Positions 1 to 10,082 are shown, numbered from the stretch's first letter. The stretch: 64,000 bases of DNA from an uncultured Hyphomicrobium sp. (GCA_964386545.1 CAYLSI010000014.1:8298-72297), one strand, 5' to 3'. The notes: generated from the sequence alone by a model not told the origin. Numbers and translations: made by a program.

Positions 1-1
1 A

Positions 2-88
2 GACGAGATCATGGCGCAGATGGCGGGCATCCGTGCCTGGGGCGGGAAGTTCATCGTGCCGCTGCCCGCGCCCGAGATCCTCCCATGA
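2..88 (+). CDS. 3' end of an upstream CDS running off the window (partial); stop overlaps the rfbC start (ATGA)
   Basis: The in-frame translation ...DEIMAQMAGIRAWGGKFIVPLPAPEILP* ends at a TGA overlapping the ATG at 85. Product not identifiable from 29 residues. Confidence 0.35.
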   Translation, partial: DEIMAQMAGIRAWGGKFIVPLPAPEILP

Positions 89-645
89 TCTTCACGCCGA
101 CGCCGCTCACCGGCGCGTTCGTGATCGAGCCTGAGCCGCATTCCGATGCCCGCGGATTTTTCGCCCGCCTGTTCTGCGCGACGGCGTTCGCGGAGCGCGG
201 GCTCAATCCTCATCTCGACCAGATCAGCATGTCGCAGAACATACAGGCCGGCACCGTGCGCGGGTTTCATCTGCAGCGGCCACCAGCCGCGGAATGCAAG
301 CTCATCCGCGTCACGGCAGGAGCCATCTTCGACGTGATCGTGGACGTGCGGGCGGGCTCGCCGACGTTCGGCCAGTGGTTCGGCCTCGAGCTTTCGGCCG
401 CGAACCGCAAGCAGCTCTATGTGCCGGAAGGGTTCGGACACGGTTTCCAGACGCTCGTGCCCGATACGGAGATCGCCTACCACATTTCCGCGCCGCTCTC
501 AGCGCCGCACGCGACCGGCTTCCCTTATGACGATCCTGATCTCGGCGTGACGTGGCCGATTTCCGAACCCATTGTCATTTCCGACAAGGACCGCGCCTGG
601 CCGCCGTTCCGCAACTTCGCCCCGATCGAGATCGGCCATGGCTGA
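85..645 (+). CDS. rfbC: dTDP-4-dehydrorhamnose 3,5-epimerase (RmlC-type cupin)
   Basis: 186 aa. RmlC-like motifs (GAFVIEP..D.RGFF, QxSxS...GTxRGxH, YVPxGFxHGF). ATG start, translationally coupled to neighbours. Confidence 0.85.
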   Translation: MIFTPTPLTGAFVIEPEPHSDARGFFARLFCATAFAERGLNPHLDQISMSQNIQAGTVRGFHLQRPPAAECKLIRVTAGAIFDVIVDVRAGSPTFGQWFGLELSAANRKQLYVPEGFGHGFQTLVPDTEIAYHISAPLSAPHATGFPYDDPDLGVTWPISEPIVISDKDRAWPPFRNFAPIEIGHG

Positions 646-1462
646 GCCCGGCGCCACCAAGATCGCCACCGTGTTCGGCGCCAACGGCTTCGTCGGGCGC
701 GCACTCACGGCTCACTTGGAGGCGCAGGGCTACGGCGTGCGCGCGATCACGCGCGGCGATGTCTCCTGGCAGGACGGCAATCTCGGCCACGCGTTCTACA
801 CGGTGGGCCTCACGGCGGATTTCCGCTCGCGGCCGTTCGATACGATCGACGCGCACGTGACACTGCTGGCGGACATCCTCAAGCGCGCGCGTTTCTCGTC
901 GCTCGTCTACACGTCCTCGACGCGCGTCTACATGACGACGCCGTCCACCGACGAAGACGCGAGCGTTCCGGTTGCGCCCGCGAACCCGGATCATCTCTAC
1001 AATCTCTCGAAGCTGATGGGCGAGTCGGTGTGCCTCGGCTCGGGCCGCGCCAACGTCCGTGTCGCGCGCCTGTCGAACGTGTTCGGACGCGATCTCGCGT
1101 CCGAGAACTTCCTGACGTCGGTGCTGCGCGAGGCCACGTCGACGGGGCGCGTCACGCTGCGGACGAGCCTCGCGTCGGAAAAGGATTATGTCTGGGTCGG
1201 CGACGTCGTGCGCGCGCTCGAAGCCATCGCCGTGCGCGGCCAGGCGCCGATCACGAACGTCGCCTATGGGCGGAACACCACGCACGGCGCGATCATGGAG
1301 GCGCTCGCGGCGCTGGTGGGCATCGAGGTGTCCGTGGCGCCCAGCGCGCCGATGATCGGGTTTCCCGAGATCGCAACCGCGCGGCTCGATGCCCTCGGCG
1401 CAGGCCCACGCACGCCCCTGCTCGCGATGCTCGGCGCGCTGGTCGCGGACTTCCGCGGCTGA
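638..1462 (+). CDS. NAD-dependent epimerase/dehydratase family protein (short-chain dehydrogenase fold; likely sugar-nucleotide reductase/epimerase partner of rfbC)
   Basis: N-terminal Rossmann motif TVFGANGFVGRAL. ATG at 638 overlaps the rfbC stop (ATGGCTGA). Confidence 0.7.
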   Translation: MAEPGATKIATVFGANGFVGRALTAHLEAQGYGVRAITRGDVSWQDGNLGHAFYTVGLTADFRSRPFDTIDAHVTLLADILKRARFSSLVYTSSTRVYMTTPSTDEDASVPVAPANPDHLYNLSKLMGESVCLGSGRANVRVARLSNVFGRDLASENFLTSVLREATSTGRVTLRTSLASEKDYVWVGDVVRALEAIAVRGQAPITNVAYGRNTTHGAIMEALAALVGIEVSVAPSAPMIGFPEIATARLDALGAGPRTPLLAMLGALVADFRG

Positions 1463-1481
1463 GCCGCAGACGCCGCTCCCG

Positions 1482-1910
1482 TCAGTTCATGTCTTCCGGC
1501 AGGCGCGGGATCGGCAGGAACGGGATGCCGTCCTCGGCGAGGCTCTTCACCTCTTCGCTCGAGGCTTCGCCGTAGATGCCGCGCGACGGGCTCTCGTTGA
1601 AATGGATCTTGCGCGCTTCCTCGGCAAAGCGGCCGCCGACGTACTCCGCCTTGGCGTGCACTTCGTCGCGGATGTGGCGCATCATGCGCGCGATCTCCTC
1701 GGGGGGCACCTTGGAGGCATAGCGGCCCGCGGGCTCGGTGGCGGCGCGACGCGCGACCGCCGGGGCCATGATCGCCTTGTCGACGATGGTGCTGCCGCAG
1801 TGAGGGCAGGAGATCTGATTGCCCGCGGACTGCGCGTCGTAGGCGGCGCCGCTGCGGAACCAGCCTTCGAACTCGTGCCCTTCGCCGCATACGAGACTGA
1901 ACTTGATCAT
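1482..1910 (-). CDS. DUF1178 family zinc-ribbon protein
   Basis: MIKFSLVCGEGHEFEGWF...CPHCGS signature. ATGA overlap with the upstream hydrolase stop. Confidence 0.7.
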   Translation of the reverse strand: MIKFSLVCGEGHEFEGWFRSGAAYDAQSAGNQISCPHCGSTIVDKAIMAPAVARRAATEPAGRYASKVPPEEIARMMRHIRDEVHAKAEYVGGRFAEEARKIHFNESPSRGIYGEASSEEVKSLAEDGIPFLPIPRLPEDMN

Positions 1911-2779
1911 TCCACGGCCTCCTCGGCGGTCGTCGCCACCGGAACCACGTCAAATGCTCTGTCATGCCGCAACGACGGCACGCGGGACCGAACACTCGCG
2001 ATCTCGTTCAAATCTACGTCCGCGAAGATGACTGACGGGTGAACGCCCCCCTCGGCCAAAATCTGCCCCCACGGCGAAACGATGAGACTGTGGCCGAACG
2101 TCTCACGGCCATGCTCGTGCAGGCCGCCCTGCGCCGCCGCGAAGACGAAGCACTGCGCTTCAATGGCTCGGGCGCGCAGCAGCGTCACCCAGTGAGCTTC
2201 GCCCGTCAGCCGCGTGAAGGCGGCCGGCACGGCCAGGAACGAGGCGCCGGCCTTGGCGAGCGCGCGATAGAGATGCGGGAAGCGCAGGTCGTAGCAGATG
2301 GAGAGGCCCAAGCCGCCCCACGGCAAGGGAGCGACGACGGCCCGCGTGCCGGGCTCGTAATTCGCGCTTTCGCGATAGACCTCGCCGTTCGGGAGGTCCA
2401 CGTCGAACATGTGGATCTTGTCGTAGCGGGCGACGATCTCGCCGGCAGGCGAGATCACGAAGGCGCGGTTGGCCAGCTTTGTCTCGCTCGCCTTCACCAC
2501 CAGCGATCCCAGGTGCAGCCAGACCTGGAGCTCCTGCGCCAGAGCGCGGAACTGGCGCAGACCCTCGTGCGACGCTTCCGGCTCGGCCACTGCGAACAGG
2601 CGCTCGCGGTCGAGCTCCATCAGGTCGGTGACCTCGGGCGTCTGGATGTAATGCGCGCCAGCGCTCGCGGCCTCGCGGATCAGCGCGGACGCGTCCCGGA
2701 CGTTGCGGGCGAGGTCTCGGCCCGAGCACATCTGGACGAGGCCGACGCGGAGCGTGGCCGGGTTCGCGGAGGCCGGCAT
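1907..2779 (-). CDS. carbon-nitrogen hydrolase (nitrilase superfamily amidohydrolase)
   Basis: RVGLVQM...E...K...CYDLRFP catalytic-triad context (E-K-C). 290 aa. Coupled to the grxC stop 3 nt upstream. Confidence 0.8.
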   Translation of the reverse strand: MPASANPATLRVGLVQMCSGRDLARNVRDASALIREAASAGAHYIQTPEVTDLMELDRERLFAVAEPEASHEGLRQFRALAQELQVWLHLGSLVVKASETKLANRAFVISPAGEIVARYDKIHMFDVDLPNGEVYRESANYEPGTRAVVAPLPWGGLGLSICYDLRFPHLYRALAKAGASFLAVPAAFTRLTGEAHWVTLLRARAIEAQCFVFAAAQGGLHEHGRETFGHSLIVSPWGQILAEGGVHPSVIFADVDLNEIASVRSRVPSLRHDRAFDVVPVATTAEEAVE

Positions 2780-2782
2780 CTG

Positions 2783-3046
2783 CTACTGACTCGTACTCAA
2801 AAGGGGATCGAGCTTGCCGCTGCGCTCGAGACACATCAGGTCGTCGCAGCCGCCGACGTGCTGATCGCCGATCCAGATTTGCGGAACGGTGTTCCGTCCG
2901 CCCGCCTTCTCGCGCATCCGCGCCCGCAGCTCCGCCTGTCCCGTCACATCAACTTCTTCAAACGCCACGCATTTCGCGCGCAGCAGCTCCTTTGCCATGT
3001 GGCAATAGGGACAGAGGCTCGAGGTGTAGATGGTGACTTTGGCCAT
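2783..3046 (-). CDS. grxC: glutaredoxin 3
   Basis: MAKVTIYTSSLCPYCHMAKELL... CPYC active site. Start chosen at the ATG (3046) with a GAGGAA RBS about 12 nt upstream. Confidence 0.85.
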   Translation of the reverse strand: MAKVTIYTSSLCPYCHMAKELLRAKCVAFEEVDVTGQAELRARMREKAGGRNTVPQIWIGDQHVGGCDDLMCLERSGKLDPLLSTSQ

Positions 3047-3176
3047 AGCCCTGGGCATTCCTCGCCGGGAAGCGCGATCCGTTCCCCAAAATCTAGCGTC
3101 TCACCGAGCGGACGCAAAGTGCAGGATCGCCTCATGTGACACCGATTTGCGGCCGTTTTCCAGTCCTTGCGCCCCG

Positions 3177-3974
3177 TTAGCCGGGGATGGCGCCGCGGTC
3201 GGTCACGATTGCGAGAGCGAGTACGTCGACGCGCACGGCGCCGGCCTTCCTGAGGGCGCGTGCACAGGCTCCGACGGTCGATCCCGTGGTGATGACGTCG
3301 TCGATCAGCAGCACTTTCCGCCCCCGGACCCGCGCATCCCGGTGGGGGCCTACGGCGAACGCGCCCGCGACGTTGCGCTGGCGTGCCGCCCGCGACAGGC
3401 CGATCTGGCTCGCCGTCGCCCGCGTGCGCTCGAGCGCCAGCGGCTCGTAGGCGAGGCCCGTCAGGCGCGCGACCTCGCGGGCGAGGATGGCGGCCTGGTT
3501 GAAGCGGCGTGTCAGCAGCCGGGAGCGGGCCAGCGGCACGGGAACGACCATCTCGGTCTCCGCGATCACGTCGCGCCCCGCCTCGACGAGCCAGCGCCCG
3601 AACAGGCGGCGGACGTCGTGGCGGTCCTGGAATTTCAGGGCGTGCACCAGGGTCTGCATGGCGCCGGTGTAGGCGGCGACGGCGCGGGCGCGGTCATAGG
3701 GCGGGGGATCGGCCGCCGCAGCCGCCGAAATCGACGGCGTGCCGACGTCGAACGGCAGGGGAATGCCGAGCCGGTCGCACAAGGGCGGGCGGATGAAATC
3801 GACCTCGCGCCAGCACCTGGCACAGAGCGCATCGTGCGCTTCGATGCGCTGGCGGCAGGCGAGGCAGACCGGCGGCATCACCACGTCGGAGAGCGCGGCC
3901 ACGGCCCGGCGAAAGAGGCCCGGCCGCGGCAGGGCGCCGTCCTCCGTCGCGTCCTCGCCTGCGCTGCCGGTCAC
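3177..3974 (-). CDS. comF: ComF-family phosphoribosyltransferase-domain protein
   Basis: N-terminal CxxC...CxxC zinc finger (PPVCLACRQR...CARCW) and C-terminal PRTase motif VLLIDDVITTGSTV. GTG start at 3974 preceded by GGGAGGAG. Confidence 0.7.
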   Translation of the reverse strand: MTGSAGEDATEDGALPRPGLFRRAVAALSDVVMPPVCLACRQRIEAHDALCARCWREVDFIRPPLCDRLGIPLPFDVGTPSISAAAAADPPPYDRARAVAAYTGAMQTLVHALKFQDRHDVRRLFGRWLVEAGRDVIAETEMVVPVPLARSRLLTRRFNQAAILAREVARLTGLAYEPLALERTRATASQIGLSRAARQRNVAGAFAVGPHRDARVRGRKVLLIDDVITTGSTVGACARALRKAGAVRVDVLALAIVTDRGAIPG

Positions 3975-4053
3975 GCTTGCTCCTCCCGCCCCGCCGTGCC
4001 ATGGGGCATTATATCCACCCAAGCCATAGCACACTCGATTGCATCTCGCGGGC

Positions 4054-4941
4054 ATGAGCGAACCGAAACCCATCTTCGACAGCGCGCTGCTCACGCAGCG
4101 CCGCAACCGCGCGGCGGCGGGTGCGGACGCGCACGACTTTCTGCTCGCGCGCGCGGCCGACGACATCGCCGAGCGGATCGGCATCGTGCAGCGCACGTTT
4201 CCGCTGGCGCTCGATTTCGGATCGCATCACGGCATCCTGGGCCGGCGGATCGCGGCGCTTCCGAGCGTCGGGCAGGTCGTGTCGTATGATGCGGCCGAGA
4301 CCCTCCTGGCGCGGGCCCAGCCACCCCGGGTGGCGGGCGCGCTCGATGCGCTCCCCTTCGGCGACGGCGCGTTCGATCTCATCGTCTCGGGGCTCATCCT
4401 GCACCTCATCGACGATCTGCCGGGGACCCTGATCCAGATCCGCCGCGCGCTCAAGCCGGACGGGCTCTTCATGGCGTCGCTTCTCGGCGGCCAGACGCTG
4501 CGCGAGCTGCGCGAGGCGTGGCTGCAGGCGGAGGTCGAGCTGACCGGCGGGGCCTCGCCGCGCGTCGCGCCGTTTGCCGACGTGCGCGATCTCGGCGGGC
4601 TCCTGCAGCGCGCCGGGTTCGCGCTTCCCGTCGCCGACTCCGACGTCGTCACCGTGACCTATCGCGATCCCTTGGCGCTCATGCGCGAGGTCAAGGGCAT
4701 GGGCGCCTCCAACATGCTCAGCGAGCGGCGGCGCGTGCCGGTGACGCGGGGCCTGCTGCTGCGCGCGGCCGCCATCTATGCCGAGCGTTACGGTGGCGCG
4801 GACGGCCGCGTGACCGCGACGTTCGAGATCCTGACGCTCACGGCCTGGGCGCCGCACGAGAGCCAGCAGCAGCCGCTCAAGCCCGGCTCGGCCAAGGCGC
4901 GGCTCGCCGACGTTCTCGGCGTGCCCGAACGCAAGCTCTAA
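4054..4941 (+). CDS. class I SAM-dependent methyltransferase (divergent from comF, conserved alphaproteobacterial neighbour)
   Basis: MSEPKPIFD... with LDFGSHHG / DLIVSGLILH methyltransferase motifs. Confidence 0.7.
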   Translation: MSEPKPIFDSALLTQRRNRAAAGADAHDFLLARAADDIAERIGIVQRTFPLALDFGSHHGILGRRIAALPSVGQVVSYDAAETLLARAQPPRVAGALDALPFGDGAFDLIVSGLILHLIDDLPGTLIQIRRALKPDGLFMASLLGGQTLRELREAWLQAEVELTGGASPRVAPFADVRDLGGLLQRAGFALPVADSDVVTVTYRDPLALMREVKGMGASNMLSERRRVPVTRGLLLRAAAIYAERYGGADGRVTATFEILTLTAWAPHESQQQPLKPGSAKARLADVLGVPERKL

Positions 4942-5447
4942 AGCTTGCGCACCATGAAGCGCGCATCGGCATCGTAGCTCAGGAGCTTCTCCGCGAGCTT
5001 CGGCTCGTGCACGACCTCGAAGCCGAAGCGGCTCCAGAACGGCCCCGAGTTGTTCACGGCCACCAGCGATACGTTCGGCACGCCCGTCGCCGCTGCATGC
5101 GCAATCACGGCCTCGACGATGGCCGCCCCCGCGCCGCTGCCACGCGTTTCCGGCAGCAGGGCGATGTCGTGAATGTAGTAGGTGGTGGGCTGCGCGGGGA
5201 TGGCGCCGAGCAGGACGTTGAGCGCGGGCGGCTCGCCGTAGCGCCAGGGATGCGTGATGGCGTAAGCGCCGGCGCGCCCGGCCTGCTCGAACATGGCGCA
5301 TCCTTCGGGATAGAGGCGCAGGCGCTCGAGAAAGACCGCGTCATCCTCCGGATAGCTCGCGTGCACGCGGTCGGCGATGGCGCTGACGGAGGCGGTGTCC
5401 GTCGTCGTCATCGGACGCCAGTGGCCGTTCTTAAGCTCGACGCGCAT
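4938..5447 (-). CDS. GNAT family N-acetyltransferase
   Basis: Acetyl-CoA binding motif RGSGAGAAIVEAVIAHA. Start ambiguous (5447 or 5411). 4-bp convergent overlap with the methyltransferase stop. Confidence 0.65.
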   Translation of the reverse strand: MRVELKNGHWRPMTTTDTASVSAIADRVHASYPEDDAVFLERLRLYPEGCAMFEQAGRAGAYAITHPWRYGEPPALNVLLGAIPAQPTTYYIHDIALLPETRGSGAGAAIVEAVIAHAAATGVPNVSLVAVNNSGPFWSRFGFEVVHEPKLAEKLLSYDADARFMVRKL

Positions 5448-5459
5448 GGCGCTCCTCCC

Positions 5460-5867
5460 TCAGCCCAGCAAATCGCGCAGCCACGGAACCAAGGGCGCGT
5501 CCGCCGGCGGCATCGGATAGTCGGCGAGCCGGCGCGCGCGCACCCAGGCGACCTCCTGGCCCTCCTGGGGCGCGATCTCGCCCTCCCAGTTGCGGCACAG
5601 GTACAGCGGCATCAGCAGATGGAACGCGTTGTAGGTGTGACTTGCGAAGGTAAACGGCGCGAGGCACGTCTCGCAGACCTCGATGTCCAGCTCCTCCTTC
5701 AGCTCACGGCGCAGCGCCTGCTCGGGCGTCTCGCCGGCGTCCACCTTGCCGCCGGGAAACTCCCAGAGACCGGCCAGGGTCTTGCCTTCGGGGCGCTTCG
5801 ACAGCAGCACGCGGTTGTCGGAATCGACCAACGCCGCGGCGGCCACGAGCAGGATCGGCTTCGTCAT
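5460..5867 (-). CDS. mutT: NUDIX hydrolase, 8-oxo-dGTP diphosphatase (MutT-like)
   Basis: 135 aa. Nudix box GGKVDAGETPEQALRRELKEELDIE. Start MTKPILLV at 5867. Confidence 0.8.
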   Translation of the reverse strand: MTKPILLVAAAALVDSDNRVLLSKRPEGKTLAGLWEFPGGKVDAGETPEQALRRELKEELDIEVCETCLAPFTFASHTYNAFHLLMPLYLCRNWEGEIAPQEGQEVAWVRARRLADYPMPPADAPLVPWLRDLLG

Positions 5868-5915
5868 CGGATGTTTTGACCTTGTGCAGGCAGAACGCCC
5901 GCTTATAGGAGAGGA

Positions 5916-6893
5916 ATGGGATCGGCACTTCTTGCGCTCGGACACTATGCGCCCGAGCGGCGCGTGACAAATGCGGAAATCGAGGCCCGGCTTGGCGTCG
6001 AGCCCGGCTGGAGCGCGCGGCGCACGGGAATTCTGGAGCGCCGTTTCGCCGCGCCGGACGAGGCGCTTTCCGACCTCGCCGTGGCGGCGGGCGAGATGGC
6101 GCTTTCCGCGAGCGGCCTCGCGCGCGACAGCCTCGGGCTCGTGGCTCTCGCGACCTCGACGCCCGATCATCTCTTGCCGCCGACGGGGCCGCTCGTCGCG
6201 CACCGGCTGGGCGCGCGCGGCGCGGGCGCCATCGATATGGCGGGCGCGTGCGGCGGGTTTCTCTATGCGCTCACCTTCGCCGACGGCTTCGTGCGCCAGC
6301 ACGGCAAGCCCGCGCTCGTGATCGCCGCCAACATTCTTTCGCGGCGGCTCAACCTCGACGATCCGAAGAGCGCTCTTCTGTTCGGGGATGGAGCGGGCGC
6401 GGCGCTGCTCGTGCCGTCGGACCGCGCGAGCGCCGGCGTGCGCGGGGTGCACCTTGCATCGGACGGCTCGGCCTACGACCTCATCCAGATCCCGGCGGGC
6501 GGCAGCCGGACGCCGTTCTCTCCGGCGCTGGATCCCGCGGCCGTGCTGATGCAGATCCGCGACGGCAAGGCCGTCTTCACGCGTGCGGTGAAGCTCATGG
6601 CGGATGCGGCGCAGAAGGCTCTGGCCGCGGCCCGGCTCTCGCTCGACGACATCGACTATTTCGTGCCGCACCAGGCGAACGGGCGCATCATCGGCGCGAC
6701 GCAAAAGCAGCTCGGCGTGCCGGACGCGAAGATGCTGTCGTCCGTCGCGCTCTATGCCAACAGCTCGGCCGCGACGATCCCGCTGACGCTGTCGCTCGCG
6801 CATGCGGAGCGACCGTTCAAGCCGGGCGAGCGGATGCTGCTCTGCGCGGCCGGCGCCGGCCTGACGGGTGGCGCCCTCGTGCTCGAAGCTTAG
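5916..6893 (+). CDS. 3-oxoacyl-ACP synthase III (FabH-like ketosynthase)
   Basis: 325 aa. Active-site Cys in DMAGACGGFLYAL, His/Asn in VPHQANGRI ... ANSSAATIP. Confidence 0.8.
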   Translation: MGSALLALGHYAPERRVTNAEIEARLGVEPGWSARRTGILERRFAAPDEALSDLAVAAGEMALSASGLARDSLGLVALATSTPDHLLPPTGPLVAHRLGARGAGAIDMAGACGGFLYALTFADGFVRQHGKPALVIAANILSRRLNLDDPKSALLFGDGAGAALLVPSDRASAGVRGVHLASDGSAYDLIQIPAGGSRTPFSPALDPAAVLMQIRDGKAVFTRAVKLMADAAQKALAAARLSLDDIDYFVPHQANGRIIGATQKQLGVPDAKMLSSVALYANSSAATIPLTLSLAHAERPFKPGERMLLCAAGAGLTGGALVLEA

Positions 6894-6976
6894 CCTGCTC
6901 GGCTACCTAGGTACGGAACGAACAGCGGCGCTCGCTACTTTCTTTCGGGGTTGTTTACGCCGATTTCGAAAAGGCG

Positions 6977-7531
6977 ATGGCGCAGATGCTCGTGCTCGTC
7001 AGTTTTGCATTCAATCTTCTTTTCGTTCTTTTCATCGCCTGGGCGTCGTTCCGGCATTTCCGGAGGAGCGAGCGCGAGCCGCTCGGCGCGCGGCTTCTGA
7101 CACTGGCGACGGCGGCCGGAACCGCATTCAACGGCTGGCTCGCGCTTCGCCATCCGCGACCCAGCGACCTCGAAGCGGCGATCGGGCTGCTGCTCACGCT
7201 CGCCGCGTTCACCATGTTCGTTGCGGCCGTCAAAGCCTCGCGCGACGGCGGCTTCGCGCTGGCCTTCAGCGATGCGACGCCGGGCGCGGTCGTGGATCAT
7301 GGCATCTACGCCGTGGTCCGCCATCCGTTCTACGCCTCCTACATCCTCTATTGGCTGAGCTGGCTGCCGCTGTCGTCGCTCGATCCGCTGTCCTGCCTCG
7401 TCGCGGGCGGCATGATTGCAGCCTACGGCGTTGCGGCGCGCCGCGAGGAGCGGCTGCTGTCGCAACGGCTGGGAGAGCCCTATGCGGCGCTGATGGGCCG
7501 CTCGTGGCGCTTCATGCCCGGGGTCTATTGA
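6977..7531 (+). CDS. isoprenylcysteine carboxyl methyltransferase (ICMT/PEMT-type) family membrane protein
   Basis: Multi-TM protein with the C-terminal VVDHGIYAVVRHPFYASY...EERLL motif characteristic of ICMT-family methyltransferases. Confidence 0.7.
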   Translation: MAQMLVLVSFAFNLLFVLFIAWASFRHFRRSEREPLGARLLTLATAAGTAFNGWLALRHPRPSDLEAAIGLLLTLAAFTMFVAAVKASRDGGFALAFSDATPGAVVDHGIYAVVRHPFYASYILYWLSWLPLSSLDPLSCLVAGGMIAAYGVAARREERLLSQRLGEPYAALMGRSWRFMPGVY

Positions 7532-7540
7532 GACAGATTA

Positions 7541-7599
7541 TTGGTTGGTCGCATTTTGTCGCGACGAACCGGCCTCCACGTCGTCGGAAAATTCTCTAG
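7541..7599. repeat. dispersed intergenic repeat, copy A (conserved nested hairpin GCATTTTg-tCGCGACGAAccggcctccacGTCGTCG-GAAAATtC)
   Basis: About 85% identical to the elements at 16659-16721, 44950-45050 and 56165-56256. Its terminal CTCTAG supplies the TAG stop of the minus-strand PBP gene. Confidence 0.8.
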
Positions 7600-10082
7600 C
7601 GGAGCTGCTGCAGGTTGAGCGCGCGGGTCAGCGCATCCGAGGCCGTGTCGCGCGTGTTGCTGGCGACGGGCTTCGGCGGGGCGGCTTTCGGCGGCAACAG
7701 GCCCGGCTTCGGGTTCTCGCGCGCGTGTCCGGCGAGATCCTCCAGCAGAACCTCCAGGAGAGGGGCTGCGACATCGGCTGCATGGATCTTGCGCGCCCAC
7801 GGCTGCTGCCCGGAGCCCGTTCCGACAAGCACGACATACGAGTAGGCCGCGCCGTTGGCGAACTGCAGGCCGCCCGTGGTCCATACGTCCACCGTGGCAT
7901 CCGGATCGGCCGTGACCTGCGTGCCCGTCTTGGCGAAATGTAGGCGCAGGCCGCCGCGGCGTGCCGGGCACCACTGGGCGAGCGACTTCAGCGTGCCCGT
8001 GGGCTTGCCGCCGGCGGTGTAGCAGAGCGGGGCCGAGAGCAGCGCGCGCAGGAGCGGGGCGGCGCGGCGTTTGATCAGCCGGTTCGGAATGATGGGATCG
8101 CGCACGTCGAAGCTGCCGTCGCGTTTTTCGTTCACGTCCGTGAAGTCGTAGCGCCGGATCAGCGTCGGCTCGCGCACCGGCGTCGCGCCGCGCCCGATCA
8201 GTGCGGCGAGGATCACGGCCGACATATGATGGACCTTGCGCGGCGAGCCCGAGATCTGCCCCAGCACGGCCGCCGTCGAGGGCGGCGTATCGCTCCCGGC
8301 GGCGTCGCGCGGCGGCATCGTGAACCCGAAGCCGTCGATCAGGCCCCGCATGCGCGCCTGCCCGGCGAGCGCCGTGCGGTTCAAGAGCGGCGCATTGAGC
8401 GAGCAGGCGAACGCCACGATGGCGCGGCGGCCATAGCGACCGTTGCCCTTGGCGCATGTTTCGAGCCCACGATCCGGGGCCGCCGTGTCGACGTAGAGGG
8501 ACGCCGCGCTGTCGCGGCCGCTGTTGGCGATGGCGATGGCCGCGAGCATCTTGCCGGTCGACGCGATCATGCGCGGATCGCGGGCGGGATCGTAAAGGCC
8601 GGTTTCGCCGCTGCGGGCGACGGTCGCGCCGAAGTAGGGGGCCGTCTCGCCGCTCTCGTAGTAGCGCACGATCTCACCCTTTTCGTTCGCTGCGACGACC
8701 GTCACGGTGGGCATGATGCGGCCATCGCCCGTGCGGGCGGGGTCGAGGGTGTAGCGGCTGTCGACCTTCGCACGCACCGCCGCGTCGATCTTCGCGAGTG
8801 CCACGTCGATCTTATTGTGGAAGGCGAGATTGGAGGCGGCTTCGAACGTGGTCGTCACGCCGCGCACGTGATCGCGCCAGGCGAAGCCGTACGCCTCCTT
8901 CATCTCCTCGCGCAGGCCGAAGCGGGCCGACGGCATCAACGCGTTGGCGCGCACGACCGGGTTGGCCACGGCGCGCCTGGCGACCTGCGGCGCGTGCCGG
9001 TCGAGCGCGTCCTGCAGGCGCGGCTTGACCTTGGGATCGGGCGGACCGCCGGCCATGGCGATCAGCTCGAACAGCACGTCCTTCTTCTGTCCCTCATCCG
9101 AGATCAGCGCCTCCGCGCAGACGCGGGCGCGCACCTCGACGATGAAGCGCCAGCGGTCGAGGCGGACCTCGTTCAGGCGCGCGTCGCCCTTGAGCAGGAT
9201 GATCGGCTTGTTGACGGCGGAGGCGAGCACGAACTGCTCGGCCATGGTCAGCTCGCTCGAGTCCTTGCCGAACACGACGCGGCTCGTGAGCTCGACGCCA
9301 TGCAACGGCGCGCCGCCCGTGCGCTGCGCGAGCCAGATGTGGTTCGCGGCCCACTGCTTCAGCATCGTGTCCGAGCCGTCACGCGTGAGCTCATGATAGA
9401 CGACCGGCGCCAGCCACCATTCCGACAGCTTGCGCGAGAGCTTCGTCATCGCGCCTTCGCCGGCGTGCGGGGGCGTATTGTAGATCACGCGCACGAGCTG
9501 CATCGGCAGTGTCGAACCGCCGACGCCGAGGCTCGGGCGCTTCAAGGCGACGGAGCGGGCGAGCGACGAATAGGGGATCTTGAGGACGCCCGGCAGGTCG
9601 ATGCCGAACGGATTGCGCCAGGTGCCGATATAACGGTCCTCGTGGTGCACGAGGCATTGCCAGTAGTAGGGCGGCACCTCGCGCACGGGGATCGACTTGT
9701 GGTCAGGGTTGGCCGTGTAGTCGCCGACGTCGATGGCGGCGTCCGTGTAGTTGACGTCACGCTGGCTGTCGAGGCGGGCATCGAACGTGCCGACGAAGCT
9801 GCCGGGCGCATCGTAGATCGCGGTCGCGAGCCAGCGCTCGGCGTCGTAGCGCAGCTTCTCGCCGAGCAGGTAATGGCCGGCATAGCCCCGCAAGGGCGCG
9901 ACGACATAGACGAGGAGGACGGCGAAGACGACATAGGCGACGGCCGCCACGGCCACATGGCGCAGCGGGCCCAGACGGGGATTGAACGCCACGCCTTCGC
10001 AAAACAGGCTCACGATCCGCATCGGGATGCCGATCGCAAGCTCGCGCAAACGGGCTAAGAGGCGAAAGAGGAACAGCATCAC
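7596..10082 (-). CDS. bifunctional class A penicillin-binding protein (GT51 transglycosylase + transpeptidase; PBP1C-like)
   Basis: 828 aa. GT51 motif GGSTLPMQLVRV, transpeptidase SxxK (ASTGK), N-terminal TM anchor. Confidence 0.8.
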   Translation of the reverse strand: MMLFLFRLLARLRELAIGIPMRIVSLFCEGVAFNPRLGPLRHVAVAAVAYVVFAVLLVYVVAPLRGYAGHYLLGEKLRYDAERWLATAIYDAPGSFVGTFDARLDSQRDVNYTDAAIDVGDYTANPDHKSIPVREVPPYYWQCLVHHEDRYIGTWRNPFGIDLPGVLKIPYSSLARSVALKRPSLGVGGSTLPMQLVRVIYNTPPHAGEGAMTKLSRKLSEWWLAPVVYHELTRDGSDTMLKQWAANHIWLAQRTGGAPLHGVELTSRVVFGKDSSELTMAEQFVLASAVNKPIILLKGDARLNEVRLDRWRFIVEVRARVCAEALISDEGQKKDVLFELIAMAGGPPDPKVKPRLQDALDRHAPQVARRAVANPVVRANALMPSARFGLREEMKEAYGFAWRDHVRGVTTTFEAASNLAFHNKIDVALAKIDAAVRAKVDSRYTLDPARTGDGRIMPTVTVVAANEKGEIVRYYESGETAPYFGATVARSGETGLYDPARDPRMIASTGKMLAAIAIANSGRDSAASLYVDTAAPDRGLETCAKGNGRYGRRAIVAFACSLNAPLLNRTALAGQARMRGLIDGFGFTMPPRDAAGSDTPPSTAAVLGQISGSPRKVHHMSAVILAALIGRGATPVREPTLIRRYDFTDVNEKRDGSFDVRDPIIPNRLIKRRAAPLLRALLSAPLCYTAGGKPTGTLKSLAQWCPARRGGLRLHFAKTGTQVTADPDATVDVWTTGGLQFANGAAYSYVVLVGTGSGQQPWARKIHAADVAAPLLEVLLEDLAGHARENPKPGLLPPKAAPPKPVASNTRDTASDALTRALNLQQLR

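Noticed and set aside
7545-7943. ORFs MVAFCRDEPASTSSEN..., MVAFSYDEPASTSSDN... (16668), MVAFSYAELASTSSEN... (56203), MIGRIFLRRTGLHFVGKCS (56199), MLCRIFLRRTGIHFVGKCS (44989)
   Set aside because: They start inside the dispersed repeat copies and read into unrelated flanking DNA. The apparent similarity is caused by the repeat, not a protein family.
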